Positions 36,801-45,567 of a stretch of DNA of 64,000 nt are shown piece after piece (position 1 is the stretch's first letter; every line of letters starts with the position of its first letter). A program made the position numbers and the translations under genes. The notes under the pieces are model-generated. The model ran no database searches and had not been told where the DNA came from. It saw only the letters and a program-made list of their open reading frames with translations. This DNA comes from Dehalococcoidia bacterium (lineage in GTDB: Bacteria > Chloroflexota > Dehalococcoidia > Lucifugimonadales > UBA3495), in NCBI GenBank assembly GCA_965220505.1, contig CBDCQE010000003.1, positions 198,024-262,023 of the forward strand, read 5' to 3'.

Positions 36801-36971
36801 GGGTTGAGCGGGGCGCTGCCGTCGGGGTTCACCAACCTGGCGAACCTGCAACGGCTGGCCATCGCCAACACCGGGTTGTGTCTCCCGGACACCCAGGCGT
36901 TCGACGACTGGCTGGCCGGCGTTCCCGACAAGCCCGGGATCGACGGGCTGACGGACTGCGCCTCGCCATAG
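33882..36971 (+). CDS. large secreted protein with GLUG-motif repeats, Calx-beta-like module and C-terminal plant-type leucine-rich repeats
   Basis: Signal/TM segment WRALFALLAIGLLAAGVAGFF.
- DGDGLIEISSLDQLNAVRWDLDGDG.
- More than 12 repeats of ASYATGSVSGxxxVGGLVGxNxGxI (GLUG), approx 34400-35200.
- SLSIREGDPAATYTVTL...VTVSVTDDD (Calx-beta-like), approx 36040-36350.
- LRRNT-like REVLRDFYNATGGQSWTN, then LSGSLPxxLGNLSNLxxLxLxxNSLSG repeats, approx 36360-36900. Confidence 0.85.
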   Translation: MFRRENPIPVSPPPIFRIVKLTSWRALFALLAIGLLAAGVAGFFMSGAVAQAQEQETVLPSSYDADGDGLIEISSLDQLNAVRWDLDGDGVPSAGNADAYSAVFPVADEGSVCPADATCTGYELTTDLDFDENDDGEITSADSAYWNDGVGWTPIGGYAAVFEGNGHTIANLFIRRAADYAGLFGSVGDGGIVRNLALTGVSVSGGDFVGGLAGYSTGAIIASYATGSVNGSSSVGGLAGYNTGRIVSSHAAGSVSGTNDVGGLVGYNIGGIIASYATSSVSGSSSVGGLAGKGQGRIINASYATGSVSGSFSVGGLVGHNSAKISASYATGSVSGKSDAGGLIGKNSGRISASYATGSVNGTQAVGGLVGENTGRISASYAMGSASGTKGVGGLTGYHTYGGIKASYATGSVSGTEYAGGLVGYYHSYLGTISASYFDAQTSGRAIAVGNDDTDKNGAIDGAETASSGATPQTTAALQSPTGYTGIYSDWNLDLNANSQPDSPWDFGTASQYPALKGASNWQDFGYQTRRPLSLTSSISGLQATLSWDDITETAWTGTPRASYALYRDGEKVPDYDESSRSYTDTSLTLGQQYTYQVALLLDGVEHRRSNEVFTTISEPLSFGDAQHYNYYWYQNQHNGRLDLPTATGGVLPLTYTVSPDLSPGLVFDSGYLTIDGIPTETQERIQYAYTVTDANGDTASLSFSILVAPDPTTVAETSPVTVSATSLSIREGDPAATYTVTLEVGPTENVVIAISSNNGDVTAQPSSLTFTTGNWQTAQTVSVSAGQDDDRVDDTATFSHSASGGNYDGVTVASVTVSVTDDDSDREVLRDFYNATGGQSWTNIGNWLSDKPLGEWHGVTTNGSGQVTGLALRDNGLSGSLPATLGKMEHLQVLSLDRNNISGSLPAEFGNLSNLTRLAMNRNSLSGAIPSQLGNLSNLGIIGLARNSLSGSLPTSLGNLSSLTKVSLHDNTGLSGALPSGFTNLANLQRLAIANTGLCLPDTQAFDDWLAGVPDKPGIDGLTDCASP

Positions 36972-37007
36972 GCGCAGGGCAGCCACGGTGCCAACCAACC
37001 ACGGAAG

Positions 37008-37032
37008 CGCGGACGTTACAGTCCGCGTTTCC
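37008..37032 (+). terminator. possible terminator hairpin after the GLUG/LRR gene
   Basis: cgcggac-gttaca-gtccgcg followed by tttcc. Short U-tract. Confidence 0.45.
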
Positions 37033-37048
37033 ATTGGCGGGGGGGAAC

Positions 37049-37158
37049 GTCAGCAGCAGGATTTGCGGGATTTTATGATTGGGCGGGATTGGGAGAGTTC
37101 CAGCGCAGAACGGTTCCAATCCTGATAATCACGAAATCTTGAAAATCCTGCTGCCGAC
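37049..37158. repeat. 110-bp palindromic MITE-like repeat, copy B
   Basis: gtcagcagcaggatttgcgggattttatgattgggcgggattgggag...ccaatcctgataatcacgaaatcttgaaaatcctgctgccgac. Intergenic, between the GLUG/LRR gene and rpsA. Confidence 0.9.
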
Positions 37159-37335
37159 GACTTACGAAAGGGAGGTACGCGGGCCTCCGGGTTTTGCGGT
37201 TGCAATTTGTGTGCGGTATAAGTATTATTAGGCAGGCGAATTGTGGGGAAAGTGATCCAAGCGAGAACGAAGTACCTGCTCAACCTGTGCGGCCGCGTAA
37301 CCGGCCGTAAGCCAGAGTAAGGAGCAGCTTAACTG

Positions 37336-38436
37336 ATGGTAGCCCAGGACCCGAACGTAGTCGAAGTCACAGACATGTCTCAACTCCCGGAGTCGGCGTT
37401 TTCGCCGAGGGAGTACCGGAGAGGCGACCTGGTGACCGGCGAGATAGTGCGCATCGATGACGAGGGCATGGTCATCAGCGCCGGCCTCAAGACCGAGGGC
37501 ATCGTTCCGCCACAGGAGATGCGCACACTTACCGACGAGAAGCGAGAACAGATGCAGCCGGGCACCAACGTGATTGTCATTCACCTGAACAATCGCGGGC
37601 CCGGAGGAATGGCGGTATTCTCATACGACCAGGCGCAGGAAAAGCAGGTCTGGGAAGACCTGATTGAGCTGCACAAGCAGGACTCCGAACTGGCGGCCAA
37701 GGTGGTGCAGCACAACAAGGGCGGCCTGGTGGTCGACTGGCAGGGAGTGCGCGGCTTTGTCCCCTTCTCCCAGATGGCGCCGGTGCCGAAGGAAGGCCGC
37801 ATCGAACACCTGGACGCCAGGATCGGCGAGGACGCGCGGTTCAACATTCTTGAGCTGGACGCCCAGCGCGAAAAACTGGTGCTGACCGAGCGGCGGATCT
37901 GGCGACAGTTGCGCAACGCGGCCAAGGAGCGCCTGCTGGAAGAACTGCAGGAGGGCCAGATCGTCCAGGGCACGGTCCGGTCGATGCGCGGGTTCGGCGC
38001 CTTCGTCGACCTGGGCGACGCGGAGGGGCTGGTCCCCATCTCCGAGCTGTCCTGGTCCATGATCAAGTCGCCGGAAGAAGTGGTCAGCGTGGGTGACGAC
38101 CTCACCCTCAAGGTGCTGCGGGTGGACCGGGAGAACAGCAAGATCTCCCTGAGCCTGAAGCGGACCCAGCCGGAGCCGTGGGACACCGTTCCGGAGCGGT
38201 ACCACGTTGGCGACATTGTCGACGGGACCGTCACCCGCCTCATGGACTTCGGTGCCTTCGTCAAGCTTGAAGACTGGGTCGAGGGCCTGGTGCATATCTC
38301 CGAGCTGTCGGCTCGCCGGATGGAGCACCCCCGGGAGATCGTCTACCAGGGTCAGCAGATCAAGGTGCAGATCCTGAGCATCGACACCGAGCGCAAGCGG
38401 ATGAGCCTGAGCTACCGCAAGGTGTACGGCCTATAG
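37336..38436 (+). CDS. rpsA: 30S ribosomal protein S1 (four S1 domains)
   Basis: Repeated S1/OB motifs: GDLVTGEIVRIDDEGMVISAG, GFVPFSQM, GQIVQGTVRSMRGFGAFVDLGDAEGLVPISELS, GDIVDGTVTRLMDFGAFVKLEDWVEGLVHISELS. Confidence 0.9.
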   Translation: MVAQDPNVVEVTDMSQLPESAFSPREYRRGDLVTGEIVRIDDEGMVISAGLKTEGIVPPQEMRTLTDEKREQMQPGTNVIVIHLNNRGPGGMAVFSYDQAQEKQVWEDLIELHKQDSELAAKVVQHNKGGLVVDWQGVRGFVPFSQMAPVPKEGRIEHLDARIGEDARFNILELDAQREKLVLTERRIWRQLRNAAKERLLEELQEGQIVQGTVRSMRGFGAFVDLGDAEGLVPISELSWSMIKSPEEVVSVGDDLTLKVLRVDRENSKISLSLKRTQPEPWDTVPERYHVGDIVDGTVTRLMDFGAFVKLEDWVEGLVHISELSARRMEHPREIVYQGQQIKVQILSIDTERKRMSLSYRKVYGL

Positions 38437-38469
38437 CCGAACCACCCAGCGCAAAGGCAAAAGTGATTT

Positions 38470-38500
38470 AGGGGCGAAAGTTTTCGCCCCTATTTTGTTC
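38470..38500. terminator. bidirectional rho-independent terminator (aggggcgaa-agtt-ttcgcccct)
   Basis: 9-bp perfect stem at 38470-38478 / 38483-38491, followed by attttgttc. Lies between the convergent rpsA and the 38490-39281 gene, and contains the stop codon of the latter. Confidence 0.75.
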
Positions 38501-39281
38501 TTTGCAGCGCCGGCAGGTCGGCGATGTTCATGATGAAGAGGCCCGGGTCGGCGGCGTGGGCATCGTCGCGCAACGCCTGGAGCCGCTCCAAGCCCCGCCG
38601 GGTGTCGCTGGCGACACGAGCCGGGTGCCACTTGCGGATGCGACGCTTGAACAGCCAGTAAGTGAATTCCTGCCAGGCGACCAGGGAAAGGCACTCAGGC
38701 TCCCAACCCCAGGCTCCTCCGGCATCGGCGAGGAACTCAGGCACGAGGTTGGCGCGGGTATCGCCGTAGAGATTGCGGTAGGCGTCCTCCACCACGTCGT
38801 CGCTGTCGCCGTAGCAGCGGGCCAGCCGGCTCTTGCGGATGGAGTCTTCCGTGACCAGTTGCAAGGCCTCTTCGACTACCACGCCATACCAGAAATTCAG
38901 GTGGGCGGTGTACCGGTAGGGCCCGATGAGTTGACGGAACCGTTCCGCGCCGATGTCTTCGGGCAGACGCCCGTAGAACAGCAGGGTTTCCAACTCCCCC
39001 GGTGGGACGGCATCGGGGATTGCAAGGCTGAGACGATGGGCCAGGGTGAGCCAGTCCAGCGCTTCGCCGCCGATGACGTAACGCCAGGTTCGTCCCCAGA
39101 TTTCCTCGTGGGGGAGGCTCCAGCGCCCGATGGCGTCCAGCAGCGCGATGTGCCACGGCTCGGCGCGGCCGGCGCGGGAGCGCAACCGCTCGATGACGTG
39201 CTCGTATTCCGGGAGACCTGCGGCGCCGTCATGCGCCGGTGAGATTACCGCGATCCCGGTGTCGTCCACCGTAAAAGTCAT
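38490..39281 (-). CDS. hypothetical protein translationally coupled to PolX
   Basis: 264-aa ORF starting MTFTVDDTGIAVISP. Its ATG overlaps the PolX stop (ATGA at 39278-39281). No motif recognised. Confidence 0.6.
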   Translation of the reverse strand: MTFTVDDTGIAVISPAHDGAAGLPEYEHVIERLRSRAGRAEPWHIALLDAIGRWSLPHEEIWGRTWRYVIGGEALDWLTLAHRLSLAIPDAVPPGELETLLFYGRLPEDIGAERFRQLIGPYRYTAHLNFWYGVVVEEALQLVTEDSIRKSRLARCYGDSDDVVEDAYRNLYGDTRANLVPEFLADAGGAWGWEPECLSLVAWQEFTYWLFKRRIRKWHPARVASDTRRGLERLQALRDDAHAADPGLFIMNIADLPALQRTK

Positions 39282-41077
39282 GGTCGGGATACCGCGGCCC
39301 GCCGGCCCTCTACCATAGCCGCGAAGCGTTCGGGCCGCTGGCCTTTCGGCGCCCGAAGCCACGCGAGGAACTCGCTGGCCGGATAGGTGTTCAGGACATG
39401 CTCCGGCCCGCACCGGGCGCGGCGGGCGACGGCCACCCCAAAGGTGCGGTTGGTCAGCCCGTCGATATGGTGCGAGTCGGTGTTGATCACCAGGGGGACG
39501 CCCAACTCGCGAGCGCGGGCCGCGTGGGTGTCCTTGAGGTCCAGGCGCTCCGGGGCGGCGTTGATTTCCATGGCGGTGCCGGTGTCGCGGGCGGTTTGCA
39601 GCAGTGCCTCGATATCGAACTCAACCGGGTCGCGGCGGCCGAGCAGGCGCGCGGATGCATGGCCGATGACGTTGACGTGAGGGTTCTCCATGGCGCGGAT
39701 GATGCGCCGGGTCATGGTGTCCCGGTCCTGGTTCATGGCGTTGTGAATGGAGGCGATGACCCAGTCCAGCATGCCCAACACGTCGTCGGGAAAGTCCATG
39801 GCGCCCTCGGCGCGAATGTCCACCTCCGAGCCGCAGAGGATGGTCATGTCGTATCGGGACTGGAGGCCCTTCAGGATTTCGATCTGGCGGGCCAGACGGT
39901 CGGGGGTCAGGCCGTTGGCGACGCCGAGGCCCTGGGAGTGGTCGGTGAGGGCCATGTACTCGTAGCCCATGGCGGCCACGGCGGCGACCATTTCTTCCAG
40001 GGGGAATTTGCCGTCGCTCCAGTCGCTGTGGAGGTGCAGGTCGCCGCGGAGGTCGGCCGCAGTGACCAGGTTGGGCAGGTTGTCGTCGCGGGCGGCGTCC
40101 AACTCGTCGGCGCCGCGGCGGAGTTCCGGCGGTATCCAGGGCAGGTCGAGACGGCCGTAGAAAGACTCCTCGTCGGGGAACCGCTCGGTCTCGCCGCTTT
40201 CAATGACCGTGATGCCGTATTCGTTCAGGGACAAACCCCGGCGGTTGGCGTAATCGCGCAGACGGATGTTGTGCTGCTGGCTCCCCGTGAAGTACTGGAG
40301 CATTGCTCCCATGGCGTCGGGCTCGCCGATGCGCAGGTCAATCTGGATGCCTGGGTCGACGATCACGGAGGTCTTGGAGTCGCCCTGAACGAGGACCTCA
40401 CGGACTGATGGCAGGGCGGCCAGGGCCGGGCCGGTCTCTTCGGGGTTCTCCGAAACCGCGATGAGGTCGAGGTCGCCGATGGTTTCTTCCCAGCGGCGTA
40501 GCGAACCGGCCGGGGTGATGCTCACTAGACCGGCACAAGTGTCGAAGAGTTGGGATGTTACCGCGGCGCAGGTCTCGGAGGCGATACCCAACGGAGTGCG
40601 ATCGGATCGCATTCGCTGGGCCTGGATGTGGCGCAGGATGTTTGCCACGGAACGCTTGCCCAGGCGGGGCAGTTGTTCGAGCCGGCCGTCCAATGCGGCC
40701 TGCTCCAGTTCGGCGACGGAGCCGATACCCAGCTCGCCCACGGCGGCTTTCACGGTCTTGGGTCCCATGCCGGGAACTTCGAGCAGTTCCAGGACGTTCG
40801 GCGGCAGCTCCTCGGCCAGGCGGTCGTAGGCCGCAACGTGGCCCGTCGCCACGTACTCCTGCACCTTCTCGCTGATGGCCTTGCCGACGCCGGGGATTTT
40901 CTTCAGGTCGTCGCCGGCGGAGGCCGCCGCGGCCAGCGACCAACTGAGCTGTTCGATGGTGTTGGCGGCGCGCTGGTAGGCACGAATCTTGAAGACGGTG
41001 TCACCCTTGATCTCCAACATGGCTGCCATGTTGTTGAACAGCTGGACGATGTCTTCATTGGTGATCTGCGTGGTCAT
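39278..41077 (-). CDS. family X DNA polymerase with C-terminal PHP domain
   Basis: ITNEDIVQLFNNMAAMLEIKGDTVFKIRAYQRAANTIE (PolX N-terminus), HhH motifs (IPGVGKAISEKV, VPGMGPKTV) and PHP motifs (DLHLHSDWSDG, ALTDHS, INTDSH). Start could be 41077 or 41089. Confidence 0.9.
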   Translation of the reverse strand: MTTQITNEDIVQLFNNMAAMLEIKGDTVFKIRAYQRAANTIEQLSWSLAAAASAGDDLKKIPGVGKAISEKVQEYVATGHVAAYDRLAEELPPNVLELLEVPGMGPKTVKAAVGELGIGSVAELEQAALDGRLEQLPRLGKRSVANILRHIQAQRMRSDRTPLGIASETCAAVTSQLFDTCAGLVSITPAGSLRRWEETIGDLDLIAVSENPEETGPALAALPSVREVLVQGDSKTSVIVDPGIQIDLRIGEPDAMGAMLQYFTGSQQHNIRLRDYANRRGLSLNEYGITVIESGETERFPDEESFYGRLDLPWIPPELRRGADELDAARDDNLPNLVTAADLRGDLHLHSDWSDGKFPLEEMVAAVAAMGYEYMALTDHSQGLGVANGLTPDRLARQIEILKGLQSRYDMTILCGSEVDIRAEGAMDFPDDVLGMLDWVIASIHNAMNQDRDTMTRRIIRAMENPHVNVIGHASARLLGRRDPVEFDIEALLQTARDTGTAMEINAAPERLDLKDTHAARARELGVPLVINTDSHHIDGLTNRTFGVAVARRARCGPEHVLNTYPASEFLAWLRAPKGQRPERFAAMVEGRRAAVSRP

Positions 41078-41195
41078 GGTCAATACCATACCACCGGCCG
41101 GCGAAGGCGGGCAAGGAAGGCTGGCGGCGGTTCCCCGCAAAACAGGGGCGCCTGCTCGCGCAGACGCCCCCGCGTAGTGCCAGGTGTGAAACCGG

Positions 41196-43478
41196 CTAGC
41201 TGCTGGCCCCCTCCAGGTTCTTCATGTGGTTCATGGCGCTGCCGGCCCGGAACCACGCGATCTGGGTGTCGTTCAGCGTGTGCCGCAGGTTGAGCGTTTC
41301 CTCGGAGCCGTCGGCGTGCTTGAGGACCGCCTGGACCGGGCGGTCCGGCGCCAGGTCGTTGAGACCAACCAGGCTCATGCGGTCATCCTCCAGCACGCGG
41401 TCCCAATCCGCCGGGTCCTCGAAGGTGAGAGGCAGCAACCCCTGCTTCTTCAAGTTCGACTCGTGGATGCGGGCGAAGCTGCGGGTGATGATGGCCGCGG
41501 CCCCCAGCATGCGGGGCGACAGCGCAGCGTGCTCGCGGCTGGAGCCCTCGCCGTAGTTCTCGTCGCCGATGGCGACCCAGCGGATGCCCTGGGCGCTGTA
41601 GGCCCGGGCGATCTCCGGAATAGGCATGATTTCCTCGCCGGAGAGCTGGTTCTTGCCGGTGCCGGTGTCGTCGGTGTAGGCGTTGTTGGCGCCGAGGAAC
41701 ATGTTGTCGCTGAGGTTGTTCAGGTGCCCACGGAAACGGAGCCACGGCCCGGCCGGCGAGATGGAGTCAGTCGTGGTCTTGCCTTCGGTCTTCACCAGGA
41801 TCGGTACGTCTTCGAAGTCGTTGCCATCCCACGGATCCCACGGGTCCAGGACCTGCAGCCGGTTGCTGTTGGGGTCGACGCGGACCTCAACGTCGCTGCC
41901 GTCTTCCGGCGGCTCGACGTACATGTCGGTGCCCGGGTCAAAGCCGGTGGGCGGCACCTCGGGGGCCTCGGACGGCGGCTGGAGCATGAACTCGTTGCCG
42001 TTGGCGTCCACCAGTGGGTCGGTCAGCGGGTTGAAGGAGAGGCTGCCGCCCAGACCCATGGCCACGGCCAGCTCGGGGCTGGCGATGAAGTTCATGGTGC
42101 CGGCGTTGCCGTCGTTGCGGCTGGGGAAGTTGCGGTTGTAGGAGGTGACGATGCTGTTGTCCGTGCCGCGAGCCTCCGGCCGGTTCCACTGGCCGATGCA
42201 GGGACCGCAGGCGTTGGCCAGCACGGTTGCGCCGATGGCTTCCAGCGCGGCCTGCTGACCGTCGCGCTCGATGGTGGCGCGGACCTGCTCGGAACCGGGG
42301 GTCACCAACAGACCTGAAGCGGCGGACACTCCGTGGGCAGCGGCCTGTCGGGCCACGTCGGCGCAGCGTTCCATGTCTTCGTAGGAGGAGTTGGTGCAGC
42401 TGCCGACCAGCGCCACGGACACCCGCTCCGGGAAGCCTTCCTGTTGGGCCTCAGCGGCCAGCGCGGAAATCGGCCGCGCCCGGTCGGGCGAGTGGGGGCC
42501 GGTAACATGGGGTTCCAGTGTGGATAGGTCAATCTCGACGATCTGGTCGTAGAACTGCTCCGGCTGCTCCTCGACCTCGGGGTCGGACTGGAGCAGGTGT
42601 TTGTACTCCTCAGCGATTGCGACCAGATCCTCGCGGCCGGTGGCGCGGAGGTAGGTGGCCATGCGCTCGTCGTAGGGGAACACGTCGCCGGTGGCGCCCA
42701 GTTCGGCGCCCATGTTGCAGATGGTGCCCTTGCCGGTGGCGGAGATGGAGGCGGCGCCGGGTCCGAAGTATTCGATGATGGCGTTGGTGCCGCCGGACAC
42801 GGTGAGCTCGTAGGCCAGCTTGATGATGACGTCCTTGGGCGCGGTCCAGCCGCTCATGGAGCCGGTGAGCTTGACGCCGATGATGCGCGGATAGCGCACT
42901 TCCCAGGGGAGGCCGGCCATCACGTCGGCCGCGTCCGCTCCGCCCACGCCGATGGCCAGGGAGCCCAGGCCGCCGCCGTTGACGGTGTGCGAGTCGGTCC
43001 CGATGATCAGGGCGCCGGGGAAGGCGTACTTTTCGAGTACCACCTGGTGGATGATGCCGGAGCCGGGCTTCCAGAAACCCATGCCGAAGCGGCGGCTGGC
43101 GGATTCGAGGAACTGGTAGACCTCGTTGCTCTCATTGAGAGCGTCCTGGAGGTCGGAGGAGGCGCCGACGCGGGCCTGGATGAGGTGGTCGCAGTGCACG
43201 GTGGTCGGAACCGCCACGCGATCGCGGCCGGACTGCATGAACTGCAGGATGGCCATCTGTCCCGTCACGTCCTGATGGGCCACTCGGTCGGGACGGAGGT
43301 TGATGTAGCTGTCGCCAGGGCGCAGGTCGGCGTCGGCAACGTCGTCCAGATGAGAGAGCAATAGCTTCTCAGCCATGGTCAGGGGGCGGTTGAGCCTGCC
43401 CCGCACCTGGGCCAGCTTCTCGTCCATTTTTCGGTAGGTTTCCCGCACGAATTCCGGAGTGGAATCGATATTGCTCAT
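41196..43478 (-). CDS. aconitate hydratase (about 760 aa, mitochondrial-type/AcnA-like)
   Basis: IGTDSHTVNGGGLGSLAIGVGGADA, VGSCTNSSYEDM and ANACGPCIGQW are the Fe-S ligand motifs. Confidence 0.95.
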   Translation of the reverse strand: MSNIDSTPEFVRETYRKMDEKLAQVRGRLNRPLTMAEKLLLSHLDDVADADLRPGDSYINLRPDRVAHQDVTGQMAILQFMQSGRDRVAVPTTVHCDHLIQARVGASSDLQDALNESNEVYQFLESASRRFGMGFWKPGSGIIHQVVLEKYAFPGALIIGTDSHTVNGGGLGSLAIGVGGADAADVMAGLPWEVRYPRIIGVKLTGSMSGWTAPKDVIIKLAYELTVSGGTNAIIEYFGPGAASISATGKGTICNMGAELGATGDVFPYDERMATYLRATGREDLVAIAEEYKHLLQSDPEVEEQPEQFYDQIVEIDLSTLEPHVTGPHSPDRARPISALAAEAQQEGFPERVSVALVGSCTNSSYEDMERCADVARQAAAHGVSAASGLLVTPGSEQVRATIERDGQQAALEAIGATVLANACGPCIGQWNRPEARGTDNSIVTSYNRNFPSRNDGNAGTMNFIASPELAVAMGLGGSLSFNPLTDPLVDANGNEFMLQPPSEAPEVPPTGFDPGTDMYVEPPEDGSDVEVRVDPNSNRLQVLDPWDPWDGNDFEDVPILVKTEGKTTTDSISPAGPWLRFRGHLNNLSDNMFLGANNAYTDDTGTGKNQLSGEEIMPIPEIARAYSAQGIRWVAIGDENYGEGSSREHAALSPRMLGAAAIITRSFARIHESNLKKQGLLPLTFEDPADWDRVLEDDRMSLVGLNDLAPDRPVQAVLKHADGSEETLNLRHTLNDTQIAWFRAGSAMNHMKNLEGASS

Positions 43479-43594
43479 TGTGTTCGCTCCTCCTCGAGTT
43501 TAGCCCCGCTGGATCGGCCCGCCGGCGCGTCGTCAATCACGCAAGTTGTCCGTGTTGTAGAACGCCGCGGCGGGCGACCAGGCCCGGGGAGATG

Positions 43595-44422
43595 TTACAG
43601 GGTTACCTTTTCGCCATGCTGATCAATCAGGTCCATGAAGAGACGATGACGCAGGGGATTGTTTGCCGGGTTTTCCGAGCGCCGCAGGTAGATGCGGTAC
43701 ACGGTCGCCAGGTCGTCGTCCCGCAGCCAGATGGAGTAGCTCGGCATCCCGTTGCGCAGTTGTCGAAACAGAAACTCCACCTGGCGGATCCGGCTTAGTT
43801 GCAGTGACACCTGACCATCGCCGTCCGTCGCCAGCAGGGCGATGTCTCCGGTTGGGTCGGCTCTCCCGCTGCCATCCACGAATTGCAGGCTGTCCAGCGA
43901 GGCGGGAATGGAGACGGTGGCGGCCGGATTGTGCACCATGACTACGGCTTCGGCCAGACCCACGGGAGCATCGCCCATCCCCCGGCTGCAATCCGACAGG
44001 ATTTGCCGTAGCAGGTCAACGTTGGCCGGAGGGTTGGACCCGCCGAGGGAGTGGATGGGAACGGCGGTCTCCGGCAGGTGGTCGGACAGGACCTCGTTCA
44101 AGTCGTCCGGAATGGGGGCGAATCTCACCCGTCCGCGCCGGGTGACGGTCGCTTCGCCTGTGATCGAGCCGTACAGCGCTTTTTCACCAGACCAGCGGCG
44201 GGCCACGTCGAAGCGCGGGCCGTAGGTGCATCCCAGGATGCATCCGGCCGTGGTGACCTGCGCGCGATCGTCTCCCCAGTGTCTTACGGCAGTACGAAAG
44301 TCCCCCAGGACGTCCTCGGCGTTGCGGCCGCGATGATACCAGCGGCCGCAGCCGTACTCGTCAGTACAGACGACAACGTTGACTTCGGGGCGAGCGGACC
44401 GCTGCGGGTCGGATGCGGACAT
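43595..44422 (-). CDS. hypothetical protein (Cys-containing ferredoxin/thioredoxin-like N-terminus)
   Basis: 275-aa ORF with coding-like composition; VVVCTDEYGCGRW...AGCILGCTYGP. Function not assignable. Confidence 0.5.
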   Translation of the reverse strand: MSASDPQRSARPEVNVVVCTDEYGCGRWYHRGRNAEDVLGDFRTAVRHWGDDRAQVTTAGCILGCTYGPRFDVARRWSGEKALYGSITGEATVTRRGRVRFAPIPDDLNEVLSDHLPETAVPIHSLGGSNPPANVDLLRQILSDCSRGMGDAPVGLAEAVVMVHNPAATVSIPASLDSLQFVDGSGRADPTGDIALLATDGDGQVSLQLSRIRQVEFLFRQLRNGMPSYSIWLRDDDLATVYRIYLRRSENPANNPLRHRLFMDLIDQHGEKVTL

Positions 44423-44509
44423 CTGAGAACGTGTGAACCGTTAAATGTGCGCCCGGCGGCCAAGCGCCGGGCGCACGACGGGGTCGGTGTACGCCGGGCG
44501 GCGCGTCGA

Positions 44510-44752
44510 CTACTTGCTGAAGTAGTCGTAATTTATCTTGATATATTCTTCGTACATGGACGGCACGGCTTCTTCGGCGAAGATGGCCGTGACCGGGCAC
44601 ACTGGTTCGCAGGCGGCACAATCGATGCACTCATCGGGACTGATGAAGTACATGTCATCGTCGTCGGTGGTGTAAATGCAGTCCACCGGACAAACGTCGA
44701 CACACGCGGCGTCTTTTACGCCCACGCATGGCTCGGTAATGATGTAGGTCAT
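44510..44752 (-). CDS. ferredoxin (7Fe-type: 3Fe-4S plus 4Fe-4S)
   Basis: MTYIITEPCVGVKDAACVDVCPVDCIY...CIDCAACEPVCPVTAI. Start set at the ATG at 44752. Confidence 0.9.
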   Translation of the reverse strand: MTYIITEPCVGVKDAACVDVCPVDCIYTTDDDDMYFISPDECIDCAACEPVCPVTAIFAEEAVPSMYEEYIKINYDYFSK

Positions 44753-44908
44753 AGCGGCATTCCCTCGGGTGATGTGCTGTGGGTCGACAGTGGCAAACCG
44801 AAATTCGGGCCACAACTCACGCGTGCCGGAATTATAGCACGGCGGGTAGGCAATGCAAACGCGCAGGGTGGCCCGGAGCGCTGATCGGAGGCATCCCAGC
44901 CGGCCGGT

Positions 44909-45343
44909 CTACACCCGGGTGAAGCGCTTTTTGGTCGAGAGGGTGACGAAGGTCTGAGTCTTTTGCACTCCATCTATTACGCCGATGCGGGTGCGCAGGA
45001 AGTCGCCAAGGCTTTCAGCGGATTCCAGGGCGGTCCAGACGAATACGTCGTAGGGGCCGGTGGCGACGACGACATAGTGCGCCTCGTCGAGATTGGCGAT
45101 GCACTCCGCGACGGAATCGGACTTGCCCGGGCCGGTTTCCAGACCGATCAGGGCGGTGGTGCCGTAGCCCATTTTTTCGAGGTTGGGGACTGCCACCACG
45201 TGAACGATGTCTTCTTTTATCAGGCGGCGCAACCGGCGGCGCACGGTGCCTTCGCTGACACCCACTGCGCGCGCAATCTTGGCGTTGGACGCACGCCCGT
45301 CCGATTGCAGGATACCGATGATCTTCAGGTCAAGTTCATCCAT
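44909..45343 (-). CDS. Lrp/AsnC family transcriptional regulator
   Basis: MDELDLKIIGILQSDGRASNAKIARAVGVSEGTVRRRLRRL HTH plus a C-terminal RAM-like domain. Confidence 0.9.
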   Translation of the reverse strand: MDELDLKIIGILQSDGRASNAKIARAVGVSEGTVRRRLRRLIKEDIVHVVAVPNLEKMGYGTTALIGLETGPGKSDSVAECIANLDEAHYVVVATGPYDVFVWTALESAESLGDFLRTRIGVIDGVQKTQTFVTLSTKKRFTRV

Positions 45344-45567
45344 TGGTTGGCAGACTCCGTCCTAGGTATGCAGTCACATTCCTACGCTCAATAGCGCAGA
45401 TATTTGGCACAAGATAATATTCGTTGTTGCTGCGGTTGTCAACCATCAAAGAGACGATGATAAACATTATCGATTTATTCGTGACGGATTCGCTGCTTTT
45501 TCTCCGCTTTCGACGCAGCATTAACGTAATGACCGACGGCATAGCGGGAAGTTCCCGTTTTTGGGCG

